Shown: piece by piece, positions 1 to 8,722 of the stretch
How positions within the stretch are numbered: position 1 is the first letter of the stretch
Layout of the letters: every line of letters starts with the position of its first letter
Source: Arenicellales bacterium
Lineage (GTDB): Bacteria; Pseudomonadota; Gammaproteobacteria; Arenicellales; JAJDZL01
Reading direction: 5' to 3'
DNA: 64,000 nt
NCBI GenBank assembly: GCA_965205205.1
Contig: CBDBFX010000002.1
Location: 1,309,506 to 1,373,505, forward strand
Notes under the pieces: model-generated
Databases searched by the model: none
The model's input: the letters and a program-made list of their open reading frames with translations, nothing else
Told to the model about the DNA's origin: nothing
Program-made: the position numbers and the translations under genes

Positions 1-881
1 TAGGCGCGGTCGATCACAACATCGACAGCATTTGGTGCATCGGGAATGTCCAAAATCAGATCGACTCGCTGGCCAGCACCGACAACCACTAGATCCCCGT
101 CGGTTCGCCGAGGGTCGACGGGGTGTCCGTCGAATGCGACAATCCAAGGTACCAGCTGCTGAAAGTCCAAAGCGAAAGTCCTGGCATTCGCAACATTCAC
201 AAGTCTCAGCCGTAAGCGCTCACCGGAATAAACGGCAAATACTTCGTCGATTTCGCCATTGACGGTGACCACATTACCGACCCGTCCGTTATGACTCGAG
301 TCTCTCATGTTGGGTTCGAAAGGAAGAATCTGCGCCGCCTGATTGAGCCGCCAGTCATCCAATACCCAGACCACGTCCCGATCGACTGGCACCGGTTCGT
401 CTTCATCCACAATCAACACACCATGCAGTCCCCGACCAACCTGTTCGGAGCTGGAGAAGTGTGGGTGATACCAGAATGTTCCGGCATCCTGCAGCTCGAA
501 TTCATAGTGAAAGGACTCGCCCGGCCTGATTGGCTCCTGACTGAGGTATGGTACGCCGTCCATACCAATTGGAACCCGAAGCCCATGCCAGTGAACGGTT
601 GTTGGCTGCGGCAACTGATTTTCAACCTCGAGACTCAGAGTGTCTCCCTGTCGATAGCGAAGTAGAGGCCCCGGCACCATGCCATTGAAAGCCCAGACCT
701 GAGTGGCCGGTCCGCGATCCATAACCAAAGCGGCCTTTGAAAGTGATGCGACCAGACGATGAGGATTGGAGTGGCCGAACCCTCTAGGAATGGGTAAGGA
801 AAATGTAGCCACCACACCAGCCGATGCCGCCATAAACCGACGACGGTCTACATTCTTTACGGAAGACGAACAGGCTGTCAT
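1..881 (-). CDS. multicopper oxidase, N-terminal part (gene runs off the window start)
   Basis: Absent from the ORF track because it is edge-truncated. My minus-strand translation from ATG 881 gives MTACSSSVKNVDRRRFMAASAGVV (twin-arginine signal), then TVHWHGLRVP and GTFWYHPH copper-ligand motifs. The frame stays open to position 1. Alternative in-frame ATGs lie at 953 and 947. Confidence 0.8.
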   Translation of the reverse strand, partial: MTACSSSVKNVDRRRFMAASAGVVATFSLPIPRGFGHSNPHRLVASLSKAALVMDRGPATQVWAFNGMVPGPLLRYRQGDTLSLEVENQLPQPTTVHWHGLRVPIGMDGVPYLSQEPIRPGESFHYEFELQDAGTFWYHPHFSSSEQVGRGLHGVLIVDEDEPVPVDRDVVWVLDDWRLNQAAQILPFEPNMRDSSHNGRVGNVVTVNGEIDEVFAVYSGERLRLRLVNVANARTFALDFQQLVPWIVAFDGHPVDPRRTDGDLVVVGAGQRVDLILDIPDAPNAVDVVIDRA

Positions 882-1411
882 GGTCAGTCCACTTCGAGTT
901 TCTGTATTGGACGGCAGCCGAACCGTTAGCTTTAACGCATCAATCATTGACATCTGATGAACCTGTACGAAAAATTGTGTGCCTCCGTTTTCAAAGGAGC
1001 CAATACCTACGGCCGTCTGCAACTTGCATACGCCTCAATTTTTTCAATCAGCCGTTGGAATGTATTCGCTGAGGCTCACTTCATAATATGTTAAAAAAAA
1101 CGGAGGTGACTCAAGATGTTGCGATATCGGTGTTGGCGTTCAACGTGCATCGGTATGGCGTGCTGGTGCGCGACGAGTTGCCGGCGCGGGAGCGGCGGCA
1201 GCTGAAGCGGGCCGCCTGACGGCGGCGGGCGCGCCAAGGGAAAGGTGAACCGGTCCCGACAAGGGGGCTGGATGGCGGCCGGCTGGCGGGAAACGCGTGC
1301 GAAGCGGCAGATAACGGCTGGTTTTCAGCAAACTGCTCAAACCGAACCCTCAACAATCAACATTGTTCTGGAATCGAGCTGTCAAAAAAATCAACATCGT
1401 CGGATAAATTC

Positions 1412-3109
1412 ATGCGAAAATGGGGGTTTCTGGCAGACACGAATCACTTTCCCCGTCGTAATGAATTTGATGTGAACATTTTCGAGCAGGGCTTGGATAA
1501 AAATCCGGCGAATTTCCACCCTTTAACTCCAATCAGTTTTCTGGAACGGTCTGCGCGTATTTTCCCCGACAAAGTGGCCGTCGTTCATGGTCATTTGTCC
1601 CGTACTTACCATGAGCTGTATGATCGATGCAATCGATTGGCAAGTGCACTTGCCAACAGAGGTATTGGCATTGGTGACACGGTTGCCATCATGTCACCCA
1701 ATACACCCGCCATGCTGGAGGCTCACTATGGTGTACCGATGTGTGGGGCGGTTCTAAACGCGCTCAACTACCGTCTTGATGCGGCGACAATCGCCTTTAC
1801 GCTACAGCACGGAGAGGCGAAAATACTGCTGACAGACCGAGAGTTTTCCGGCGTCGTCAGCCAGGCTCTCGAGCAGTACGATTCAGATATTACGGTAATC
1901 GATATTGACGACCCGTACGCCGAGGGTGGACAACCCATCGGTGAAACCGACTATGAGTCACTGCTTGAAGAGGGCGACCCCAATGATCGCTGGCTGATAC
2001 CCGAAGACGAATGGCAGGCCATCTGTCTTAACTATACGTCTGGAACCACCGGCAACCCGAAAGGCGTCGTATTTCATCACCGGGGCGCGTATTTGAACGC
2101 GCTCGGCAATGCACTGACCTTTCGGCTTGACAGCAGCAGTGTTTATCTTTGGACCCTACCCATGTTCCACTGCAATGGATGGACTTTCACTTGGGCGGTG
2201 ACGGCCGTCTCTGCGACTCATGTCTGTCTTCGCAAAGTTGACCCCGTCCATATATTTCCTGCCATTGAGAAAAATCGGGTAACCCACATGTGTGGCGCCC
2301 CGATCGTGTTAAACATGCTGGTGCATGCGCCCGTAGAACAGAAAATCAAGTTCGAGCAGGTGGTTGAAGTGGCAACAGGTGGAGCAGCCCCACCCAGTCA
2401 GGTCATTGCAGAAATGGAAAAGCTGGGGTTTCGCGTTACGCATCTTTATGGATTGACGGAAACTTATGGTCCGGCAACCGTCTGTGCCTGGCAGGAAAAA
2501 TGGGACGGACGTTCACTGAGTGAACGGGCGGCCATGATGGCGCGTCAAGGTGTACGTTACCCCACGCTGGATGAAGTAAAGGTATTGGATCCGGATTCCA
2601 TGGAACCCGTACCACAGGACGGGACAACAATGGGCGAACTGATGGTACGCGGCAATACTGTGATGCGGGGATACCTGAAGAACCGTCAAGCGACCGACGA
2701 AGCGTTTTCCGGCGACTGGTATCACACCGGCGATCTGGGAGTTACTCACGAAGACGGGTATATTGAAGTACGCGACCGATCCAAGGACATCATCATTTCA
2801 GGCGGTGAGAACATCTCCAGCCTCGAAGTGGAAGATGTACTCTACCGTCATCCATACGTGATGGAAGCGGCGGTCGTCGCCCGACCAGACGACAAATGGG
2901 GTGAAACACCGTGCGCTTTCGTAACTGCCACACCGGGGTTCGAACGATCGCTCACGGTTGAGGAAGTGATTGACTGGTGCAGAGATCATTTGGCAAGGTA
3001 CAAGATTCCGAAAACGGTGATATTTGGCGGCCTGCCAAAAACATCAACCGGCAAAATTCAGAAATTCGTATTACGCGAGCGCGCCAAAGGACTGGGAGGG
3101 GACCAATAG
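1412..3109 (+). CDS. AMP-dependent acyl-CoA synthetase/ligase
   Basis: 565-aa ORF with the AMP-binding signature YTSGTTGNPKGV, plus WYHTGDLG and SGGENISS. Family members usually begin near NIFEQGL, so the true start may be GTG 1472. Confidence 0.85.
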   Translation: MRKWGFLADTNHFPRRNEFDVNIFEQGLDKNPANFHPLTPISFLERSARIFPDKVAVVHGHLSRTYHELYDRCNRLASALANRGIGIGDTVAIMSPNTPAMLEAHYGVPMCGAVLNALNYRLDAATIAFTLQHGEAKILLTDREFSGVVSQALEQYDSDITVIDIDDPYAEGGQPIGETDYESLLEEGDPNDRWLIPEDEWQAICLNYTSGTTGNPKGVVFHHRGAYLNALGNALTFRLDSSSVYLWTLPMFHCNGWTFTWAVTAVSATHVCLRKVDPVHIFPAIEKNRVTHMCGAPIVLNMLVHAPVEQKIKFEQVVEVATGGAAPPSQVIAEMEKLGFRVTHLYGLTETYGPATVCAWQEKWDGRSLSERAAMMARQGVRYPTLDEVKVLDPDSMEPVPQDGTTMGELMVRGNTVMRGYLKNRQATDEAFSGDWYHTGDLGVTHEDGYIEVRDRSKDIIISGGENISSLEVEDVLYRHPYVMEAAVVARPDDKWGETPCAFVTATPGFERSLTVEEVIDWCRDHLARYKIPKTVIFGGLPKTSTGKIQKFVLRERAKGLGGDQ

Positions 3110-3178
3110 CTCCAGAAGTGCAACATTCTCCGCGAGGGGGATTCGTGTCTGTATGAGGTCTCCAGCCTGTCAAAGAAT

Positions 3179-4021
3179 CTAGAGCTGTTCTCGAACGGTC
3201 TTGATCACCTGAGCAGTCTGTGGTGAGACACCATGCCATATCCTGAAGGATTCGGCAGCCTGTTCGACCAACATGCCCAGCCCATCGTGAATTTTCTCGA
3301 CGCCGTTTTTTTCCGCCCAATCCATGAATCGGGTCGGCCGCTTTGCATACACCAGATCATAGACCAGTTTGACATCGTGAAAGGTTCGCGGCGATATGGC
3401 AGGCAGATCTCCGCGAATTCCGGTCGACGTCGCATTGATGATGATATCGTAAGCACTTGATTGTGCGGCGTCTGGTGCGACCGCTTCAACGTTCCCCAAT
3501 CCTGCAAACGCATTGACTAACGCATCAGCTCTGCTTTTGGTACGATTGGCGATAATGATCGACTCAGGTTTCCGCGCCAGGATGGGGGGCAAAATACCAC
3601 GTACCGCGCCGCCGGCACCGATGATGAGAACACTCGTACCTTCAAATGGAAACCCCAAGTTGGATTCGATATCCTTCACCAACCCTGCACCATCGGTGTT
3701 GTCACCTTTCAAGTCATCACCAATCGTCAGCGTATTGACGGCGCCCGCCAGCCGGGCCCGATCTGTCAGTTCGTCCACCAGCTTCCATGCATTGACTTTG
3801 AATGGAACAGTAACATTGAGACCGTTGCCTCCATTTGCCTGAAATCCACTGACCGCCTGTTCAAACCCACCGATATCGACCTGAACGGCGCGGTACTCGA
3901 GATCTATGCCCATTTGTTTACCAAACAGACGGTGAACCAGAGGCGATTGGCTGTGGGAGATGGGATTGCCAAACACGGCATACAGTTGCTTTTTTGGTGC
4001 GAAGTCGAATAAATCGCGCAT
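3179..4021 (-). CDS. aroE: shikimate 5-dehydrogenase
   Basis: 280 aa. The N-terminal YAVFGNPISHSQSPLVH motif and an IIGAGGA Rossmann motif are typical of AroE. Confidence 0.9.
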   Translation of the reverse strand: MRDLFDFAPKKQLYAVFGNPISHSQSPLVHRLFGKQMGIDLEYRAVQVDIGGFEQAVSGFQANGGNGLNVTVPFKVNAWKLVDELTDRARLAGAVNTLTIGDDLKGDNTDGAGLVKDIESNLGFPFEGTSVLIIGAGGAVRGILPPILARKPESIIIANRTKSRADALVNAFAGLGNVEAVAPDAAQSSAYDIIINATSTGIRGDLPAISPRTFHDVKLVYDLVYAKRPTRFMDWAEKNGVEKIHDGLGMLVEQAAESFRIWHGVSPQTAQVIKTVREQL

Positions 4022-4276
4022 AATGATTTAAATCAGTCGATGTTTCTCACCGTTTCCCAGATCACCACCTGACCAACATCAGTGGAAGATCGAACTCTGA
4101 TCACAATTTCGATCAGTTGGTCTGCTGGGCTTCACGATTTTCCACGTGTACGGGAACTTATGTAGCGTCCTTCTGAAAAAGGAATGCAACGATAAGAAAA
4201 TGCAAGGTGAATACATACGATTGTTCAACAGAAGACCAGAATGGGTGCATCATCCTGTATGGTGTAATGAATGCCA

Positions 4277-4648
4277 TCAGGCACCGAATAGAATGCCACC
4301 GATTAAACGATTTCGGTCCAGTGCAAAAATTCCAGCGGTGACCGTGCCGATGAGGCAGCCGATCATTGCAAGAAAATGCGCCCGACGGTTACCACGGCGA
4401 ATCTTGTATATCGCATATGCCATTGACGCCAGAACAAATATCGACAGACCGTGGATAATACTGAATCCACCCTCATTGATCTCGCGAATGGCAAACGAAC
4501 CCCCGGCAATCATCGTCATTATTGCAACCCATATTCGTCCGATCAGTCGGTGGCGCGGCGTACCCTTGGCCATGCACAGAACAGTCACACCAAGAACAAC
4601 GGCACTGAGCGAAAGCGCAATGTGCGATCCAATGGTCAACGAATGCAT
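4277..4648 (-). CDS. small integral membrane protein, function unknown
   Basis: 123 aa with four clearly hydrophobic segments. It is more protein-like than the overlapping plus-strand 179-aa ORF. Confidence 0.5.
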   Translation of the reverse strand: MHSLTIGSHIALSLSAVVLGVTVLCMAKGTPRHRLIGRIWVAIMTMIAGGSFAIREINEGGFSIIHGLSIFVLASMAYAIYKIRRGNRRAHFLAMIGCLIGTVTAGIFALDRNRLIGGILFGA

Positions 4649-4878
4649 GGAGAATCTCCCTATTGCCTTTGAATCCAGAGTATAACCAATGCTGGCTGCG
4701 ATGTTAAATCAATTGTTGACTTCGGCGCGTTGAGAATACATCCTGTTTTGGTGGCCGGTTGCCCCAAGTTCATTGCGAATCCAGGATACGAGCAATAAAT
4801 CGTCGTACGTATTTCATAAAATCAAACAATAGGCAACTTTAGGACTGAAACGACAATTCTAACCAGCAGGAGGAGTAC

Positions 4879-5160
4879 ATGGCAACCGTTCGTGTGATTG
4901 AAGCGCAGATCAAGGAACTGGAGAATTTTGATGTTCATTTCATTCATCCAGACAGTAAGCGGCGTCTGCATGGCAGATTGAAGGGATTGCCCGATTATCC
5001 GTACACGGAACCGGCACCCGATAACATGTCAGCGAACCGCTGGCGCAGACTGCGATTCGATCCACTATATTCGGATTACCAGGCAAGGGTACTCATGGGT
5101 AGCGGCGAAGATTCCAGAGGTACCGAACGCCTGTTTGCCATCAGACGGAGTTATTTCTAA
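4879..5160 (+). CDS. hypothetical protein
   Basis: 93-aa ORF preceded by a strong AGGAGGAG Shine-Dalgarno about 5 nt upstream of the ATG. No family recognised. Confidence 0.45.
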   Translation: MATVRVIEAQIKELENFDVHFIHPDSKRRLHGRLKGLPDYPYTEPAPDNMSANRWRRLRFDPLYSDYQARVLMGSGEDSRGTERLFAIRRSYF

Positions 5161-5208
5161 ATTGATACTTCCTGACATGGTGGTCTGAATTTCTGCGGCT
5201 GTTTTGGA

Positions 5209-6063
5209 TTACAGATAAGCGAGTACGATGCCGCCAAAAATCATCGCGCCAAACCAACTGTTGCCCATAAATGCGGAAAAAAACTTTGTCCGATCGTCAT
5301 CGCGGCAGTCGTATTGATGCCAGCTGCCGACCGCTGCAGCTGCAAATACCCCAAGAAAATAATATTCATTCATTTCAGCCAGGAGACCGACCACACTCAG
5401 AATCGTCAGCGTGACAACCTGGCAGCCCGCGATAACCAGACGGTCTCGACGACCACTCAGCGTCGCCAGCGACTTCACCCCAATTTGAAGGTCGTCATTG
5501 CGATCAACCATCGCGTAAAACGTGTCATACGCACCGGCCCAGGCAACATTTGCCAGCAGCAGCAGCCAACCCAGAAACGGAACAGTCTCAAGATGGGCTG
5601 CGAAGGCGATGGGGATTCCCCAGCCAAATGCCACACCAAGATAAAACTGAGGTAACCCCGTTACTCTTTTCAGATACGGATACGAGGCGGCGAGAAACAA
5701 TCCAATGACCGCCAGCATCAGCGAAAGCCGATTCAGCATCAGCACCAGTAAAAAACCCAAGAGACACAAGCAGGTGAAAAGAATCAGCGCTTCCCGAACC
5801 GAAACTTCGCGCGTTGCCAGCGGTCGGTTTCGAGTTCGTTCAACATGGGGATCAAAATCGCGATCCGCAAAATCATTGATCACACAGCCCGCGGATCGCA
5901 TGAGGAACACGCCCACCACCATAATCAGCACAATGTGTGGTTGCGGCCGCCCTTCACCGGCAATCCACAGCGCCCACAGGGTAGGCCACAGAAGCAGCAG
6001 ACTGCCGATGGGTTTGTGCAACCGCATCAGCCGGGCGTAAGCGCCGAGTCGCTCAGACAGCAC
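5209..6063 (-). CDS. ubiA: 4-hydroxybenzoate polyprenyltransferase
   Basis: 284 aa, polytopic, with the NDFADRDFDPHVERTRNRPLA motif of the UbiA prenyltransferase family. Confidence 0.9.
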   Translation of the reverse strand: MLSERLGAYARLMRLHKPIGSLLLLWPTLWALWIAGEGRPQPHIVLIMVVGVFLMRSAGCVINDFADRDFDPHVERTRNRPLATREVSVREALILFTCLCLLGFLLVLMLNRLSLMLAVIGLFLAASYPYLKRVTGLPQFYLGVAFGWGIPIAFAAHLETVPFLGWLLLLANVAWAGAYDTFYAMVDRNDDLQIGVKSLATLSGRRDRLVIAGCQVVTLTILSVVGLLAEMNEYYFLGVFAAAAVGSWHQYDCRDDDRTKFFSAFMGNSWFGAMIFGGIVLAYL

Positions 6064-8146
6064 TGTATTGACCTTCGCGCTTGGTCCAGCGTCGAATCAG
6101 CGGCTCGATCAGTTGCGGGTACTTCTCCAATATCAGATCGGCGGCGTTCACCACGCTACCCAGTAAAGCGCGGTCGCGGTGAAATTCCGCGATCCGAAAC
6201 AGCTGCGCGCCGGTCTGCCGGGTTCCCAGCAGTTCTCCGGCACCGCGCAGCTCGAGATCTTTTTCAGCAATCTTGAAACCGTCTGTCGTCTGGTGCATCA
6301 CCTGCAGTCTCTTGTGCGCCGTTTCAGAAAGGGGGCCTTTGTAGACCAGAACGCACGTCGCCTGCGCCGCACCGCGGCCGACTCGGCCGCGTAACTGATG
6401 CAGCTGCGCGAGCCCCAGTCGTTCGGCGCTTTCAATCACCATCAGACTCGCATTCGGCACATCGACGCCGACTTCAATAACCGTCGTCGCGACCAGAACG
6501 TCAATTTTACCGTTTCTGAACTGAGTCATGGTCTGATCGCGCCGGTCACTTTTGATTCGTCCATGAATCAACGCGATGCGTCGATTGGGCAGCGACTGCC
6601 TGACAAACTTTTCCGCCTCAACCGCCGATTCCACGTCAAGCACCTCAGACTTGTCGATGATGGGACAAACCCAGTAGGCCTGTTGCCCCTGCTCGCAGAG
6701 CGATTCAATGGTTCGAATCGCCTGCATGCGGCCTGCCGTCGAGACCACTTCGGTTTTGATCGGGATGCGACCTGGTGGCAGTTCAGTGATGTTCGAAACA
6801 TCAAGATCCGAGTAAAACGCCATTGCAAGCGTCCTGGGAATCGGCGTCGCCGTCATCACCAGCTGGTGAGGGACCTGCTGATCCGATTTTCCTTTCTCGC
6901 GCAGCGCAAACCGCTGCCCCACGCCAAATCGATGCTGCTCATCAACGATAACCAGTCCGAGACGCTTGAACTGCACTTCTTCCTGAAAAAGCGCATGGGT
7001 GCCGATGACGATCTTCGCCTGATTGCTGTTCATGCTGCGTTGAACTTGCGAACGGACTTTCTGCGTCAATCGGCCGGTCAGCACGAGCACCTCGATTCCA
7101 AGCGGCGCAAACCAGTCGTAAAACGATTTCAGATGCTGCTCCGCGAGCAGCTCGGTCGGCGCCATGATCGCAACCTGGTAACCCGAATCAACCGCCCAGG
7201 CGGCCGCCGCCGCGGCGACCAGAGTCTTACCCGAACCAACATCGCCCTGCACCAGTCGGAGCATCGGATTCGACTTTTTCAAATCGGTCAATATTTCGCG
7301 AATCACATGGCGCTGTGAATGGGTCGGATCAAACTTAAGGGAATCGCGCAATCGCTGGGACAGGTCGCCTTCGGGCTGCATCATTGGCGCCTCGGCAGAG
7401 TGGCGGATGATCTTCTGCCGCCGTCTGGCAACCTGAAACGAAACCAGCTCTTCAAAAATCAACCGATGCATCGCCGCCTTACCCGCATCCTGATTCAGGT
7501 CGCGGACAGCGTCGGCTCTTGGTGCGTGAATGTTCTCAAGCGCGCTTCCGACATCGCTCAGGTCATTCTCGCGCAGCACCTCATCAGGCAGAATTTCCGG
7601 TAGGGTCTGGTTACAGCAGTAGTCAATCGCCGAACTGACCAGATTGCGCATCATCGACTGCGAGATTCCTTCGGTCAGTCCATAAACCGGGGTCAGGTGA
7701 TCTTGCTGTGGTACAGGTGGAGGATACCGATAAACGAGGTACTCCGGATGTACCATTTCACGGCCGCGTTTGGAAAATCGCACCTCACCATAACACCGTA
7801 TCCAGCTGGCTCTTTCCAGATCTTTCTTTTGCTTGAACGAATAATGAAAAAGAATCATCTGCATCTCGCCGCTGTCATCCTGAAACCGCACTGCCAGCGA
7901 CCGGCGACGGAATGTGTTTTCCTCAATCGACGTGATTCGACCGATCACCAGTGCGGCAGCCCTGTTCCGCAGCGATTTGATCGGTATGGCGCGCGTTCGG
8001 TCCTCGAATCGATAAGGGAGATGGAACAGAAGGTCCTTTACCTGAAAGATGCCAAGCTTTTCCAGGGTGGATGCAAGTTTCGGCCCAATACGCGGAAGTA
8101 CCGTGATTGGCTCATCTTCGGGGTAGGTTATTTGGACCGGCTCCAC
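6053..8146 (-). CDS. recG: ATP-dependent DNA helicase RecG
   Basis: 697 aa with helicase motifs GDVGSGKT and VDEQHRFG. It sits downstream of spoT as in the classical spo operon. Confidence 0.95.
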   Translation of the reverse strand: MEPVQITYPEDEPITVLPRIGPKLASTLEKLGIFQVKDLLFHLPYRFEDRTRAIPIKSLRNRAAALVIGRITSIEENTFRRRSLAVRFQDDSGEMQMILFHYSFKQKKDLERASWIRCYGEVRFSKRGREMVHPEYLVYRYPPPVPQQDHLTPVYGLTEGISQSMMRNLVSSAIDYCCNQTLPEILPDEVLRENDLSDVGSALENIHAPRADAVRDLNQDAGKAAMHRLIFEELVSFQVARRRQKIIRHSAEAPMMQPEGDLSQRLRDSLKFDPTHSQRHVIREILTDLKKSNPMLRLVQGDVGSGKTLVAAAAAAWAVDSGYQVAIMAPTELLAEQHLKSFYDWFAPLGIEVLVLTGRLTQKVRSQVQRSMNSNQAKIVIGTHALFQEEVQFKRLGLVIVDEQHRFGVGQRFALREKGKSDQQVPHQLVMTATPIPRTLAMAFYSDLDVSNITELPPGRIPIKTEVVSTAGRMQAIRTIESLCEQGQQAYWVCPIIDKSEVLDVESAVEAEKFVRQSLPNRRIALIHGRIKSDRRDQTMTQFRNGKIDVLVATTVIEVGVDVPNASLMVIESAERLGLAQLHQLRGRVGRGAAQATCVLVYKGPLSETAHKRLQVMHQTTDGFKIAEKDLELRGAGELLGTRQTGAQLFRIAEFHRDRALLGSVVNAADLILEKYPQLIEPLIRRWTKREGQYSAV

Positions 8147-8536
8147 CTAATCCTGGAGGGCTACAACCGCTTCCACTTCAATACCAACGTCTTTTGGCAG
8201 AGCGGCGACACCAATCGCGGCGCGGGATGGATAGGGCTGTTCAAAAAATTCACCCATCACTTCGTTAACGACGGGAAAATTTTTCAGGTCAACCAGGTAA
8301 ACCGTCAATTTGATCACATGGGCAAGTGTGGTATCGGCCGCTTCGACGATGGCGGAAAGATTGCGGAACACCTGAACAGTCTGTGCCCTGACATCTCCCG
8401 CAACAACATTCTGGGTTCGCGGGTCCAGTGGAATCTGTCCTGATACATACAGGGTCCCCGCATGTCTCACGGCTTGTGAATAGGCGCCGATGGCAGCCGG
8501 GGCCTGGTCTGTTGCAATGATCTGTCGGACCGTCAT
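8147..8536 (-). CDS. ridA: RidA/YjgF family reactive-intermediate deaminase
   Basis: 129 aa. YSQAV..G.LYVSGQIPLDP and the conserved C-terminus are typical of the RidA family. Confidence 0.9.
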   Translation of the reverse strand: MTVRQIIATDQAPAAIGAYSQAVRHAGTLYVSGQIPLDPRTQNVVAGDVRAQTVQVFRNLSAIVEAADTTLAHVIKLTVYLVDLKNFPVVNEVMGEFFEQPYPSRAAIGVAALPKDVGIEVEAVVALQD

Positions 8537-8722
8537 TTTCTTAACTGGGTTGAACTCGACTGCTCAATATTCTACCGATTACCGATCAAATTGATGGAGT
8601 GAATGTCAATCGATTCGACATCCGCGTCAAGGATTATATCTTTTCAACTGCGGTCCTCAGGGATAGGCACCCATTTCGCACTGCTCCCGCGAACTTTCGA
8701 TTGCCGCCGCGTTTTGTGGCGA

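Noticed and set aside
1235-1257. Cobalamin-riboswitch-like string CAAGGGAAAGGTGAACCGGTCCC.
   Set aside because: It only superficially resembles the AGGGAA...GGTGAA core. No B12 box (GCCACTG) is present, and the downstream gene (acyl-CoA synthetase) is not a typical B12-regulated gene.
4146-4685. 179-aa plus-strand ORF overlapping the 123-aa membrane protein ORF.
   Set aside because: Its translation is Arg/Pro-rich and non-globular. The minus-strand ORF gives a coherent four-helix membrane protein, so only that one is reported.
6398-7318. 306-aa plus-strand ORF. Also 7697-8443, 38394-39119 and 36345-37007.
   Set aside because: Each lies antisense within the well-supported recG, priA or argS genes. 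Composition is Arg-rich and low-complexity, and no family motifs are present.
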